Assembly: GCA_047495785.1 (NCBI GenBank)
Contig: JBLDXI010000020.1
Coordinates: 1,612,001 to 1,676,000, forward strand
Reading direction: 5' to 3'
Source: Lepidodermella squamata
Lineage: Eukaryota; Animalia; Gastrotricha
Length of the DNA: 64,000 bases
Position 1 is the stretch's first letter; the number at the start of each line of letters is the position of its first letter. The notes below the pieces were generated by a model. It saw nothing but the letters and a program-made list of their open reading frames with translations. It did no database searches and had not been told where the DNA came from. The translations under genes and the position numbers were made by a program. Of the stretch, positions 1 through 14,400 are shown piece by piece.

Positions 1-1759
1 TACGCTAATAAAGAGAAATATTTATGATGCGAGATGAAAAAGCAGAGCTGCTAGTTGTTATCCGTGGCGACCTGACCTCTTGCGTGTCGCTAGTCTTGCC
101 TCGAATTTTCATAGCTGCTCTTCTAACATCACAAGCGTGTGTGCGTGTGAGACGTCGCTTCGTACATTATTATTATTATTATTATAACATCCTATGTGAA
201 GAAACATCATATTTCAAATTCGTTCTGTTGCCGTGTAAATATTTTGTTTCTTACATGTGCTATTATTTTGCTGCCCTTTCCGCACTGTGTTGATTGTTTT
301 TCTATATGAACTATTTAATATTATAATTATTGCATACTTACCTTCTTATACGCTACTGATACGATCAACGCGAATCAGTATAAAACGTCATCGGACCCTC
401 CTTTTTTTCGGATGAAGTGATTGGTTATACGTGTCTGGATCAATATTTTAGTCTTCTACCAATATTCTTGTTTTCTATACTTGAATTTTTTGACACGTAT
501 AACGCGCGATAGATACTATATATATTTATTACTTCCTCGATGACACTTTTCAGAGTCGATGTACTCGTTGTCCTGAATCCCGCGCGCGCGCACACACGCT
601 TGTGTTGTTTTTTGAAAACTAGTTGAAGCCTGCGGCCATGTTGTCCGCGGAATTGACTACCTAAACGCTCTAGCTTGTTTACTCATCTCGTAAAACTTGA
701 TTACTTCCTGAAGTCAAACGATTGTTGGCACTTTCTGCGGAGAATTTCAGCCCGTGAAATGAAAATTGAGCGAGATTCTCGCGCTGTATATTACAACTTG
801 TAAAATGTGAATACCTATATAATGAAAATATCGACTATATAGTGAGGATTATCGCTTTTCTGTTCGAGAAATGTGTAATAATGATGATCATATCGTTCTT
901 ATGCGATTATTGTGTTGCTCTCTTCGCTCTCTTCTCTCGCTCTCGCTCTCGGAATGAAGAATTATTATTAATATTATTATACTATTATACTATCATTATT
1001 ATACAGTTGATGTCTGCAAGTCGTTTATCGGTAGTGTGCGCAATCCTTTTTAATAGAAAACGCTGTGTCTGCGATCACAGCCTTGTACTGTCAGCAGAAC
1101 TACTACTACATTTACTTACCGTATATAGGAGCAGCGATCATGATGTTGATAATGATAAGAAAACGGTATGATGAAGTAAAGCTTTCACTGCTGATGAAGT
1201 CAAGCGTGTCTTTTGAGATATTCTAGGTCGGAAATTTCCGTGTTTTTTCAGTGACAGGAAACTCCAGGCCTCAAGCATGGGCTGGATCGATGCCGGGTTC
1301 AAATCACAGATTCAGGGAAAGTCCGATATAAAGCGTGGTCTAGAGGACGCGCAACTACTTTTTGAGTTCACAGCTTTTTGCATCAAGTTCAGTTATTTTC
1401 CGATATTCCTACGATTTCACTGAATACATTCAAAATTTACACGAGAAAGCCCAGACGTTTCGCATGTTCGTATGTTACCCCGATGGGCCAAAATTTCCGA
1501 TCATGGTTGCGTTATTTATGGGACACTCCCTCCGTGACAGGAAAAAGGAAAGGATTCTGGAGCTCGTGGTAGAGGTTCCGCTAGCATTTGATGCCCATCC
1601 TTGCCCCCAGCGGCGTGAGGAACTTGAATTAGTTCACAGAAAGTGAGAAAGCTATTTTTTATTACTCACTCAGAATTCTTGTCTCAATTATCCGAACCTC
1701 AGCGCCGCGTCCGACATTCAATTATTGAGGATTCCTCCTACGCCATGCAACAGCGGGAC

Positions 1760-2299
1760 CTGTCAGTATTAATAATTAGCTTTGATTGATCCGGACGAAT
1801 AAGTTGCTTTCACTGTGGAATATAACATTTTCACCTGAAAAATCGATCGTCAGCCATTGGGGAACTTTTGCATGCCAAAATATAGGCAACTTCAGCCGAA
1901 CTTTTCTTTTCAAAATGGAAGCTGGCGAAGGTGTCCCATCTGTGCCGGCAGTACATTTTTCAAGTGAAAATGTTATTTGATTCTACATACATAGGTACAT
2001 AGGTGGCCAAAAAAGCCGCAGTGGGGCGAATTCGATGCTCATCAATTTAATGAGCAGTTTCGAGAAATTGAGGAGTTGCATTGGCAAAAGAATGCTTGAA
2101 ATTCTTCAATGTCTTAAATTAATGAATTAAATTAATTTCAATAGTTTAATAATAATTAATCAATAGTTTAAATTCCCCTTAAATTAATGAGCATCGAATT
2201 CGCCCCACTGCGGCTTTTTTGGCCACCTTGTATATTGAAAGCAACTTAGTCACTATTCACTATTCTTCCGGATCAATTAATCAAATCAAATACTGACAG
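1760..2299. mobile_element. Degenerate inverted-repeat element (older MITE-like) enclosing a younger MITE
   Basis: Left arm CTGTCAGTA...TTGATCCGGACGAATAAGTTGCTTTCA (1760-1813) matches, with indels, the reverse complement of TGAAAGCAACTTA...TATTCTTCCGGATCAA...TACTGACAG (2236-2299). Confidence 0.6.
1998..2230. mobile_element. Tc1/mariner-type MITE, about 233 bp
   Basis: About 50 bp near-perfect TIRs (AGGTGGCCAAAAAAGCCGCAGTGGGGCGAATTCGATGCTCAT...), TA on both flanks (1996-1997, 2231-2232), AT-rich non-coding interior. Confidence 0.85.
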
Positions 2300-3747
2300 C
2301 CAAATCAAGGCACCGCTTGACAGCCGCTGAGAACGCAAACCCGATAATTTTCAACTCCCGTTAGTACTATTGTTTCATTGGAGTGATAGCGTCAGTTCTA
2401 AATTTGTAGGTCATTTTCGAATTTCTGTGACAGCACGGCGGACTGGGTGATATTGAACTGGAAACTGACATTTATTACTGTAAACACCCATGTAGAAATG
2501 ACCCTACTGGTATGAACTATTGAACTGGCGACATTGGAACCACAAATTGACCTTGAACCATAATTTGCTTTGGTAAATGCTGCCCTAGAAGCCCTGCTAT
2601 CAGCATAAAGAACCGAGCCAGACAAATGCCGGAGGGCGTGGTAAGATAACAGCTGCCGGTAGGTCTATGAATCACGGTACCATGTGCCTTGGCCGATGAT
2701 TAACGCTAATGCGTGATGCAACACCGGTTGAAAGACAGAAAAAAAACCAGGTGACCTCAGTCAACCAGACAAATTTATTGCCCACCTTGATATGCTCACG
2801 AATATATTTAACAAAGAAGACCTCATCATAGCTGTCAAGTGGCTTGCTGTTTTATCGGTAAAAGAGAAATATCATTTCATAGATTTGCGAAATATAACAT
2901 CACGGTAGATGCAGCATTAACAAATAAATCAAGCATCCTCGCTCATTCTGACTGATCTGAGTTGATTTTCGCCAACGACACAATGAAAATAAATTAATTT
3001 GGCTGCTTCGCATTTCACATTCTTTAAATCGATTCTCTGTCGGAAATTTAAAACGGGCGCGTATACATCCAACTATAACCAGTCAAATCTAAATTTCAAA
3101 ATAAAATCAGCTTACCAAAAAAATGAAGCGAATGATACTAAAAGTTGACTAATATAAGATTCTCAAAAAATCTGACGCGGCAAAAATAACTGATGTCATG
3201 ACAGCGTACAGATCGTCTACAATAATAAGCTTAGTAATTATTAAATTAGTTGAAGAAAAGCAAACCGGAGACATAGCATGGTGAAAAATGGACGCAGCGA
3301 TCAGCCCAAAAATAATATTCGGAAAAATGAAAGAGATGATGAAGTTGCGAACACTTAACAGCTACACTTATCTCGATTATATACGCCAGCGTTATTCCTA
3401 TTCTTATTCGAGAGGGAATCCTTACCCAGAGGTTGGTTCTAAAGAGGACGACTGAAGCGTCAGCGCTCAAGCGAAAAAGTCAGAAGATAGTCCTGCAATG
3501 ATCACAACATCGATTTTTGCTGAAATAAAGACTTGGAATAGCTATATACACCTTCATCACGTTTCCATCATCGTCATCATCGTCATGCAATCGTCACTAA
3601 AAATATCTTGAAATTCTTCATGCAAAAAGCTGTTGTTTTAACAACTAAATTCCATTTGAAAAATTGAACGAGACAATTGAAGATAGTTTTTTTTTCACTG
3701 CGCTATAGCTAAATGCAAGTTTTTTGTTGTTATAATAGCCGGATTTT

Positions 3748-6700
3748 TCAGGACGAGAGGAATCCCCACAGCTCGACAACCTCGATAGTGAAGTCTTCGG
3801 TAGCCGTGAGCAGGTCGTTGTCGAAGGTGGCGCAGCGCTGCGTGCGGCCGCGGTACAGGTCCGAGTCGAGCCACAGGCCGTTGACGCCGTTCGAGGAGCC
3901 GAACATGAGCGACTCACGGTTGCCGCGGATGAAGAACGTGTTGTCGCCAGACCAGCGAAAGACATGGAAAGTCGGGAAGAAGGAGAAGAGGCAGCATTCA
4001 GAACTTCCGTAGAAGTGGTCCGACACGCGCAGCCGGCACGAAGACACTGCCCCGAAAACGGCGCCCGATAGGTCGTGCACGACGAGCAGCTGCGGCGAGT
4101 CCGCGTTCTGCGCCGCCCGGAACAGCGTCGACAGCGAGAAGCCGTCGCTCGCCGAGCTGTACAGCAACGTCCACGTTGTACCGATGCAGATGGGAGGTAG
4201 AATGGTACATAACTCACGGACGTAGTCGTCGGAAAGCACGGTCGATTTTCCCTAAGAAAAACATCACAAAATACAGAAAAAGCTCTTACTTTTGTTTGGC
4301 AAAAACCATGTTTTTGGGGGAGAGGTAAGTCAGAAAAAAATCTTTAAAAATTGAAATTTGTGGAGGGGGCCGATTTCCAACTGCTGTAAGAAATGGGGAA
4401 TTTTCATAATTTTTTTTATTAATTTTATGGATAATTTGGAAACTCATTAGATTTATCAGTTGTTTAAATAAATTTTTTTATTATTTGCTAGCAAAAATAT
4501 CCGAATTGAGCGCGATTTCAGTGTCCCGGATGAAAGATCCAAATTAAGGTTAGAAAGCCCTAAATAGATGATGAAATTGAAATTAAAGATTAAATTGGGT
4601 GCCAACTTTCATACATCAAAAAGGGCCCAAAAATCAAGCTTCGTAGAAACCCGAAACTCGGACTACCCTAACCCTAACCTTAATCCTGAACCCTAACCCC
4701 AACCCGAACCCCAACCCTGGCACCTAACCCTAACCCCTACCCCAATTCCTAATCACAGTTTGGCTAAAAAACACGATTTTATGAAAAAAAATATGTATGA
4801 AAGTTAATTTTGTCATACATAAATATGTATGAAATTGCACTTCGAATTGAATTTTGAAAAATACCAAATTATTCGCCTCAAAATCGAATTTTGAAAAATT
4901 ATATTTTTCCAAAATTGACGGTAAAAAACCCCAAAATATTGAGTCCGAAAATGTTCGCTCTTACTTATTCAATTTGTTAAAAATTAGGTATATTTCAAAA
5001 TCCCTTTAATTTGGTACCGCTAAATAGCTCGTCTTTCATACTATCAGGTGATTTCAATAGAAATTTTTTAACCTTCCTAGATGCGCCAAGAAAGGTGGAA
5101 AAAGTAGGTTGTCCTAACTTGACCGCTGTTACTCAAAAAAAGAGAAATTCTCAAGACAATTACCTGCATTTCTGGTAGGGGCAGGCTCCGCCTGATTTCA
5201 GCGTCTTCCGCCTGATTGCGTTTCACCGACTCGTCGATAGATATAACTTCCCATTCTTTGTACGTCGATTCAACAAGGCCGTCCGGTAACCGCTGCACGT
5301 TGTCCGATGGCCGGAAGCCGACAACGCGAGCCTTGTGCGCCGAGTGGGAAACCGCGTTCGGATTGCTGCCGTGCATTCCGGCCATTTCCGGGTTCCAATG
5401 CGTGAAAAACAGCTGCAGGCCGCGGGCGCATTTCGCAGGCACCCGGAACCAGTACTCCGGGTTGGCCGGGCAAGGCGAACCGCCGATTCCGAGAGCAGCT
5501 AGCGATTCGTCGTTCAACAACGACGAGCCGCCAATTCGAAGAAAGAGACTGGTAGGAGCAGCCGGGTCACTGAGATGAACTTCACCCGTCTGCAGCGATA
5601 AAGCTGGAGGGGAAAATGACAAAAAATCACGATTAGCCAATCATGGACAGATATTTGAACACGGGTAAGAAGGGTTCAATGGAAACTACTGTGTGTCTCG
5701 TGCTAGGCAGCTTTAAAAGATTTCAAAAGTCCACACTTCAGGCGTGTACTCGTTTCGAAGAAAGGGTTAGCGTTCTCTCAAAACGTAGGGCACAAATATC
5801 AGAGGTAAAACTTCTTTTATTTACGAGATTTGGCTGGAATTTCAGAAGAAATAAGAAAAACCAAAATTAAATCAAACTTGATAAAGGAAAAAATATTTCG
5901 AAATTTTGAAAATACTAGACAAATTTAACGGGGTTCTTATGTAAGACAACAATAAACAACATTTTCATGGTGCCTTTTATGTTACTGAATATTTTTTGTC
6001 CTGGGTGTAACTATTGAAACGATACGTCAAGCGTTACGCAGCATGCGAAATTTTAATCTAAATTTCAGAGTTTAAAGAGAATAATTTTCACTACGTCTAC
6101 TACAGAGAATAAATATCAAGATGATATAAGGTGCATGCAGGACGGCAGCTAGCTAGGGTGACTTCACTGCGGGTTCCGATTACATCAAAGCCGAGCAGTA
6201 GCAAACAGACCTCGCTTCAGGCTGGAGGTAAAACGCCGGGTTGGTTTTGTAAGCGGGACAGCATCGGTCAATTCTGTGATTAGTAGTGAACACCAATAGC
6301 GATGCCAGCAAAAGAGAGGAAAAAAAGCGGCAGCGGGATGAGGAATTTTCATTTTATTAAGAAAGTTCAAGGCGTTAGTTACGTTTAAAAGCGTAGCAAA
6401 TCGCGGTATGAAAATTATGGAATTATGTGAATTCACTCGGGTGATGGATGGGCTCGTCATGCGGTATAAAGTGGCATATAGCCCAACTTACTTTCCACTG
6501 ATTGCGATATCGAAGGTTCAACTTTTGCCAAAGTGCTGAGGCTGATTCGCTTCAAAGGCGTGCCGATGGCGCCGGCTAGTTGCGATGACATCTAGCGAAG
6601 AAAAATCCAAAATATTATTCAAAATCGAACATTTTAGCATGAAGCATGTAAATAATCGAATAAACCGTGATTGGTCAAGGTAACTTCGGACACTTGAAAC

Positions 6701-9700
6701 TTTGTACGTAATTTTAAAAAATATGGAATTTTTCGCATAAAATGAGCAACTTTCGTTTTTCGTTACGTGCAAAAATCAAAATTATTTGAGCCGAAATGGA
6801 TCTTACTTTTTTCAAAAACATGACCCATTTCTAGTTTCTAGGGCGAAAAATTTAACGAAAAACAAAAAATACAGAAATTCTAAAAATTTTCAGAAAAATC
6901 AGAAACCCTTTTCCCCCACATTTGGTTCAAATTTCGAATTTAATTTCGTGGAAAATCCTCAAAAACCAGGTCTTGTCCAAAGTTACCCCTCGGTTTTCGC
7001 AGCTTTTTAGGCTAAATTCTCCCGAAACCATGGGCAAAGGAAAAAAAGGTAACTGGATGAGAAACTTTTCAAGGGCAAATAGACGCTTCAAGCTTTACCC
7101 AAAATAAAACAGAAATTTGTTCATGTACAGCTTTCAACGCCGTATTTCGCACCATCTAAAAAATCAACCAGTGCATATTTTTTCGTGATCTCAATTCCCC
7201 GCTGATCCAAAATTGCCTCAAAATTGCCTCAAGATGGCAAATTTACCTCGGTGATAGCAGTCGCTGATTCTGAAACTGCCGCGACTGCTTTATTCGCACC
7301 GGCGGACACAGCACCCGTCACCGCACCAGCCGCCGAACTAGCGGCCTGAATCACCGAGCTGTTGCTTTCACTTCTTTCCGTCACGGTTTTCAGCGGAGTC
7401 TGCTCGAAGGCGTTATCGGCAAGAGACGACGATAGGTTAGGCGGCGAGGTGGAACACACGTTTACAGACGCCTCCGCCGCCATCACCTCATCAGGCCCGG
7501 CTTCCTCGCCTATCGAAGCCACGCTAGCGGTTTTCGTCGACCGGCTAGGCACAGCCGACGACGAGACAATTCGCCCGCGTTGCGGCGCGCCTGGAATTTG
7601 ACGAAACACGCCAACAGTCGCTATCCAATTCATGGGAAGTAGCAAATCGCCGGGTGGCAGGGGCGTTGTTGAGCTGCTGGTAGGCGAGGTAGATCGATCT
7701 CCCTCGTGCTCTCGGTTTTGCTGTTCAACCAACGCGGCAACCGCCGTTGGGTCGAACATGACCGCATTCGGGGTGATGAGCAGCGTTCCCGGCACGGCGT
7801 CTTCCAGCGATTTACTCGGCAGGTACAACGCGCGGGCTTTGACAAATTTCTCGACACATTCGTAGTCTTCGTTGATCATCGACTCGCTCGACTCGCGTGG
7901 GACAGCTTCTTTATCGTCCTTCAACGATGATGAGAGCGAAAAACAATTATAATCGATAATTGCAGTAGCAATATTATATTATCATAAAATTTCGTGTAAA
8001 GTGCATGAAAAATAGCCGTGATTCATGCCTAGAAAAGCGCTGCAAATACGACTTAATTGATGGCTGATTTTATTTTTCAACCTGCCGGCAGAGGGCGTGG
8101 TGAAAAATAAAAATCTGAAGCAAATTTAGGACATTATTATTGAACTAAAAAATCCGCCTTAAATTAAGCCGTATGTAGCAGCGGATGATAAAAAACGATA
8201 GAAATACAACATACTGTGTCTACAGAGCTTTGCTGCGCTGGTTCCGGTGCCGGTTCTGGGACGTAATTCGGATCGGGGACATTTATCACCTGGCAGCAAC
8301 GAAAGCAGCAAGTATAGAAACAACCAGTTTTAGTCATGCATTAGATGCTTAACAGTTGTCAAGAAAAATTCTCAGTCACTACTGCGTGGATCAAAGGCCA
8401 CAAAAGAACAAAAAGGATTAAGACAGTCGAGTGCGAAATTGAATTCTTTAGAATTTTAAAACTGAGCTACTAGTTAGTAGTATAGATAAGCTACCTGGCC
8501 AGGGAACAAGATCCGAGTAGTAAAGCGGTTGAGTTTTGTTATTTCGCCGACGGTCACATTGAGCTTAACCGCAATGGATTGCAACGTATCGCCATCACTG
8601 ACCTGGGAAAAGCATCGAACAAAATGAAATTAGTAAAAGTTGATCGAGTGATCTATAAAAAAAGAAAGCGAGCGCCGCCCTAAATCCACCTACCGATTTC
8701 GCCGCGTTAACTTTTGACATGTTCAGATGGTCGAAAATCATTAGATTTCACGCTCGGTTGGATAGTAAAAATTTTAGTCAAGCTTTCGAAAGTGAATGAC
8801 TGCCGTATCACTTGTGAGTAGGCGCATTATTGAATAGGTAAATACTGCCTACGAGATGATCAAGGGGTCTTCTTTACGAAATGCATTGTGGTAATAGCAA
8901 AGACATAGCTAATGTTCGCTTTGTCCTCGAATTTGTTCAACAGAGCGTGTTAAATAAGCCAGGGTCCCATGATCACTACAGACGTTGAAAACCCACTCAC
9001 ATAATGCGGAAACGAGAGACGACGTCCAATAGTTACATATAGATAGGCCAGCCAAAAAATTTGCGAAAAAACGGTGGGAAAAAAGTATAACCGCCGCAAT
9101 TGGGCTTATATTTGCGAGTATATAGCGCGTTATATAATAAAAAAAACACACGGAAACGCATGACGCAAATCGAGTTAGCTGATCTTGCATCGACCACGAC
9201 AACCCACCCTCTGATCACCGCACGCCCGCAGAATTGCTCATCGGAAAAAAACGCAAATATGGCAATCAGTATGCTCATTTCGCCAGTGCAGTCTAAAATT
9301 AACAAAAAATGACGCCCGCTTTTGAAATTTTTTAACTAGAATTCAGCTATTTGAAGGCATAAAATAATTGCCCCGCCATTTTCTGCGAACAGCGAAAAAA
9401 AATTGGCTAAAAAATTGGGCAATATCGATACAGGAAGTAAAATACGGCACACCCGACGGCACAAAAACAACGAGCCCGGTGAACAAATGCCTATGAATGA
9501 CACGGGTTAAAACGTATTTAACTCAGCTGAGAGTTAATTTCCTCCAATCGATTTACTACCGCGCAGCAGAAGCAGATGAGCGGCTGGATAAAAAACGGAG
9601 TTGGCGCCTGGGAGAAATCGCTAAGTGCGCATTTGTTTATACAGTCGCTACTCAGCTGTCATACAAAACGCGAGCCAACTGTCATTTTCGGACCGCTCAA

Positions 9701-12700
9701 GTTCTCTCGAGTGAACCTCAAAGATCCGGTTTCTGCGAATCTACTGCGTCTGCGCCATAATTATTTAGGTCAAAACAAACTCGTAACCGCAAAAATTCGA
9801 GAAAATCATTGGGCATGAAAATTAAAGAAATCGCAATAGAGAGGGGAAGATTTTAATAAACGTGATGAGCCATAAATTTTAACACATTGCTCCAGCCACT
9901 TAGCTATTCCTTTGTGTATAACGCAGAGCGATTTAGCAGTAATCGAATCGATTGTTCGCATTGATAAGTCGAAAACAGTGCTAAAACGCTGATTCTCGGA
10001 ACCGCAATACAACAGGCGTTAAAATTTGTATCTGAAATACTGAGTGCGAACAAAAGCCGGGCGTAATTGAAAATTGAAAGGCGCATAAAAAGATAATCGC
10101 CGAACGCCATTAAAAGCGAAAACTCTGCAGAAGCCGCCAGGTTAGTTGCGATTAAATTGACGGGTTTCCAAGATTAAAGCAGCGTATTATTATGCTTGTA
10201 AAAGTCGCCATATCGATTAGATTTTTCGCGGAGAAAATGATCCAATTTTACAAGCTATTCCTTATTTTTCATAAAATCTAGGAGTAAACTATCGGCCATA
10301 TACTGGAACTTTATTAACATTCTTTAAAACTACGCTGCCAAGGTGGAATTATACTAACTCTGCTCGATGTTTTGTATGGCGTTTACTCTGGGGAGAACCA
10401 GATCAAGAACAAAAGGCGACGGAAAGCAATGCGTGTAATGGAACATGAAGCAAACATTTCGTCGCAGAGTAAATAATAATGAGATTTGCTGCGTATATAA
10501 CGAGGCCGCCATGCGTAATAATATCAGTAAAATATCTAGGCGTCTCTAATTTTGGAACCTCATGACACAGACCTCACATGATACGAAAAAAGGACATACT
10601 TCATAACGTAGTGATCCTTTCGGCGAAACTTCACTCGCTCGTTTCGGTTGCTTCTCGCCTGCGCTCAAATCGACAGCTGGCGTTGCCGATGACGATGCTG
10701 CATCATGTGCCGGTGGCTCACCGGTGCTCGGGCGACCAAACTCTTCCGCCCCTTGAAAAAATGACGCAAATTGAATAAATTTAGCGTAACGTGGTAATAA
10801 CATCCGCAATTATAGCAATTAATAATAATTAATAATAATAAGCGCAACCAACCGACAACTTCGGAAATCGTCTCCATGACGTCCATTCTCAAAAATTAAC
10901 TAGTTCAAACGTCAGGTGACGACTCGTCGATAACCACGGTCGGAACCGCGGATTTAAGATCACATGATGATGTTAATGCATACAATATCATTTCTCACTA
11001 AGAGATTAAAATGATACGAAATTGCAGTCAAGGGATTTAAATACAATTCAGGGGAATAAAAAACGAGTTCGCGTTCAGAATATGCAACTAGAAACATTCC
11101 GTGCAATAAGCTAATCAAAAAATAAATTATGTATTTTTCAGAAAATTGGCTACACTTCAAAAATTAATTCCCCATATCGTGATTTTAAGAGCAGAATATC
11201 TAGGAGTCCGAATTTAAGGCGGATCAAGAACCAACAAAACGTCGGGCCGTTTGAGCAATAATAGCAGTCGAAATTTGCTCTGGTGTCCAAAAATCCAGTG
11301 TAAACCCATGAGAATGTAAGAAAAATAGTAAGTAAGCGCTGAGAAATCAGAAAATTTCCCAAGATTTCTTTTTCATGGATTCGTTTCAAGTTTATGAACG
11401 AACAAGGAAGCCGGCGATGATATATAGATTGTAATAAGTCTAAAACTTTGAAATTATTTAGCGAAAACTCTTGAGCCGCTAGAAATAAAATGAATATCAA
11501 ATTATTTTAAGAAACACCTATTGCTATATTTGAGGGTGAGCGGTCGAAGGTTTAGCCGGAAGAGACTACTCAGTTCGCATTATAAATAATAACAAAATAA
11601 CAATAGTCCAAGCTGATTGCTTTCGCCGAATATCCACGCTGAGAAGAGCAGCGCAGACGAGTACAAAGTAAAAGAGCTTGTAAGATGGAATTTGACAAGC
11701 AGAATTTTCAACGCGCCAAGTCGGTCGGTCGGTCGCTCGTGAGGTATCGATCTGCAGAGAACACGACACGCCAGCAAAGCGAATAATATGATGAAGACTA
11801 AACATATATATCGAAAGGGCACAGAAGCGTAAGCTACATACACATGCATTGCCGCACGCAAAAAATAAGGCTTGGATAATGTGAAATACTGTAAGATGCG
11901 AACAAAAACCGGGCATAGATGCAAGAATACAAATGCAAGATGCACGACAAGAAATGCGTATAAATAGGAACACTAAAATGCATTTCAATTCCAATAATAT
12001 TTCGCTATAATAGTAATATTATATCTCGATGTGTAGTAGGCATATACGCATGTCATGATGGAGCCGTAAAAGAAATAATATTACGCGACATTTTTTTTCG
12101 CGCAAATGCCTGAACACGATCTGCGCGACACCCAGCCAACTTACACGCCAATAGTCAGTATTATAAAATATTAGCGGGCTTGCCAAGTCAGCTGCTCATC
12201 GTCGAGAGAGAAGAAAAAAACAGCGAAAAGACAGCGTGCGGGGCAAAAGAGATTAAATCGGCAGGATGATGAGCACTGCATCCCAATGCGCATTACTATT
12301 TTACAAGCGAGTGAAACTAATTTAATAGATATAATATACATCCAAAGTTCAATTTAAAAAATTACTCGGCGATTGCGCATATCCCAAATTTTATTATATA
12401 GTCCCTCTATAAATGTAATAAACTAACCGGGTGGATCATCCGACGCCAGACTTGCCCATCTGCGTAGAGAAGCTGTTTCGACACTTGACGGTTGATTTTT
12501 CGACGGTCGGCCCGATGTTGTAGGAGCCGAAGTTTTAGGTGTCGTCGTGCTGCTTGAACGATCAAAAAGAGCGAGGTAAGGGCGCGAAACAATGTTCATA
12601 GCCGAATTTTTCATGGCTTATAATGCAATATAACGAAAAGAGCAGTCACACCCGTAAAAAAGGTGCCTCGACTACGAGCTGAAACTTGACGTGTTTGCTG

Positions 12701-13180
12701 CCTTAAGGTGGATACGCTATCCACCCCTAGTAAACACACGTAATGAGAAAAGCGGTTCAGCACGTCGATCGATGAAGAAACGTGCTGTCGTCGAATATCA
12801 CCCTACTATTTCCGATCTTTGACATACATCAACTGCACTGGCGCTTAATAATTTATGACATGGCGCGTGTAAAATGTTGTGTGATGAGCATTGCCTGCGG
12901 GAGATCGACAATTTACTCTTCGGCACCATGTATATTTGCATACGTATCAAAATCTCGATTTGTTATTTTATTAAAAGCGCTTTGTATTATACCTAGACGA
13001 GCCACCGCCGAAGCCTAGCCATCCCCACAGCATCGATTTACTGGGCTTGCTGCCTGATGACGGTGAAGTAGTTGCGGTCGTTTTGGAATTCGAAGCCCCA
13101 GGAGGAGGCGGTGATGCTGCTTGTTTGATGCCGTCGTTGACGGTACGCGAACGCGGTAATTTAGACGTGCTTAGAGACAT
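3748..13180 (-). CDS. OXR1: Oxidation resistance 1 / NCOA7 family protein (LysM + GRAM + TLDc), multi-exon
   Basis: Phase-compatible exons 13180-12993, 12552-12428, 10751-10600, 8602-8495 (LysM VSDGDTLQSIAVKLNVTVGEITKLN...LFPGQ), 8289-8215, 7918-7247 (GRAM GTLLITPNAVMFDP), ~6591-6492, optional 6273-6211, 5603-5164 (PEYWFRVP, KEWEVIS), 4251-3748 (TLDc WTLLYSSASDGFSLSTL...GLWLDSDLYRG...VELWGF). The two most 5' low-complexity exons are less certain. Confidence 0.92.
4666..4753. repeat. Degenerate interstitial telomere-like (CCCTAA)n tract
   Basis: CCCTAACCCTAACCTTAATCCTGAACCCTAACCCCAACCCGAACCCCAACCCTGGCACCTAACCCTAACCCC..., in the last OXR1 intron. Confidence 0.75.
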
Positions 13181-13795
13181 ATTTCCAGGTCAAAGGCAGA
13201 CGCTTTTTTAATGAATCGATAACAACGCAGCGTTTAGGAATACAAGACGCGGCGCTTTACCCAGACAGCTCATCGCACTTCAAGGCAGTATCAGCCTTGA
13301 AACATGAATCACTCGAATATGTATAAAATAACCTAGAAATTAGAAGATTGTACGAGAATGCTCTCAAGCACATAGTCCGGGAAATAATTCGGTAAAATTA
13401 TAAGGCCAGTAAAGCGCTAAAATCTCTCCCCATCAAAGCTGAATAAATATCGATCGGTGGTGTGTTTTCCCTAGAAAAACGATAGCACCAGTCACTCGTC
13501 ATAGTAAAAACCCAAGGTGGCTATGAACATCAATAGTTAATGAGCCATCTCTATCGAAATAATATAGATGAAATTTTTGGCACGCAAAAAGACGGCGGTG
13601 CTAATATATTTCTCGCGCTTAGTATTGTCGCACAATGTGTAGTAATGGGGAATTTGTGTGGTATATCGATTGTGAGGATCATCAAAAATTGACTAGGAGC
13701 GTTTATCGACGCACCATCGCGGCACATGTTTGTTCTGCGAGACAAACCCCATAAACGAAAAGCGACGCTGAGAGAAATAACGTTTTCTTCATGAT

Positions 13796-14400
13796 TCATT
13801 CTTTGTTCGTCCAGAAACATTCGCAATTCTGACGCCAATTCGATGAGCCGTCGCTGTAGGATTCCTATATACAACTCATTCAATACAAGCTAGCTGAGAA
13901 AATTAAAATGCACCTTCTTCCAAATAGGGACTCTAGCTTTCAATTGGTCGATCGCATACGAGACCGCTGCTAGAGAGCCAGCTCTTCGTTCAGAGGACAC
14001 TGCAATGACAACTGAGGACTCGCCAACTCGGACTTCTCTGTGAAATGAACCAGCGGTCATAACTTTTAACAGAGATTTATAGAAAGCTGAACCCAATTTT
14101 GTGCTGGATGAGGATGTTTTTCACGTGCCACTTCGCCCGTATCTCATCACATATTTCATTGAGGACTTTAATCGCCATAGGTTCATACGCTTCGTAGCTC
14201 AAGCAGCTCACTTCTTTGCCATCATAGGGCGATCGAGTTGTTCCTTGAAAAATTGACTCGCAATTAAAAAAAATGTCATCTTTCAGCCACTCATTTTTAC
14301 CGACAAACGTCGAGACAGCGCCACAAGTATTGTCCTGCACTTGCCGCATGACATCTTGCATATCGCCAATCGACTTGTCAGATACGGTTATTATGTTCAT
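13796..14400 (-). CDS. MOCS2: Molybdopterin synthase catalytic (large) subunit, MoaE/MOCS2B
   Basis: Exons 14400-14301, 14243-14093, 14037-13914, 13864-13796; motifs [56 protein letters not shown]-terminal WRQNCECFW. Confidence 0.95.

Noticed and set aside
1-1200. ORFs 24-293 and 842-1171 with Tyr/Ile runs
   Set aside because: Products of (TAT)n and (CT)n repeats in UTR-like DNA; no motifs.
1362-1646. 94 aa ORF, possible transposase remnant
   Set aside because: No catalytic or family motif that I can support.
11150-11994. Hydrophobic ORFs in an OXR1 intron
   Set aside because: Compositional artefacts of T-rich intron sequence.
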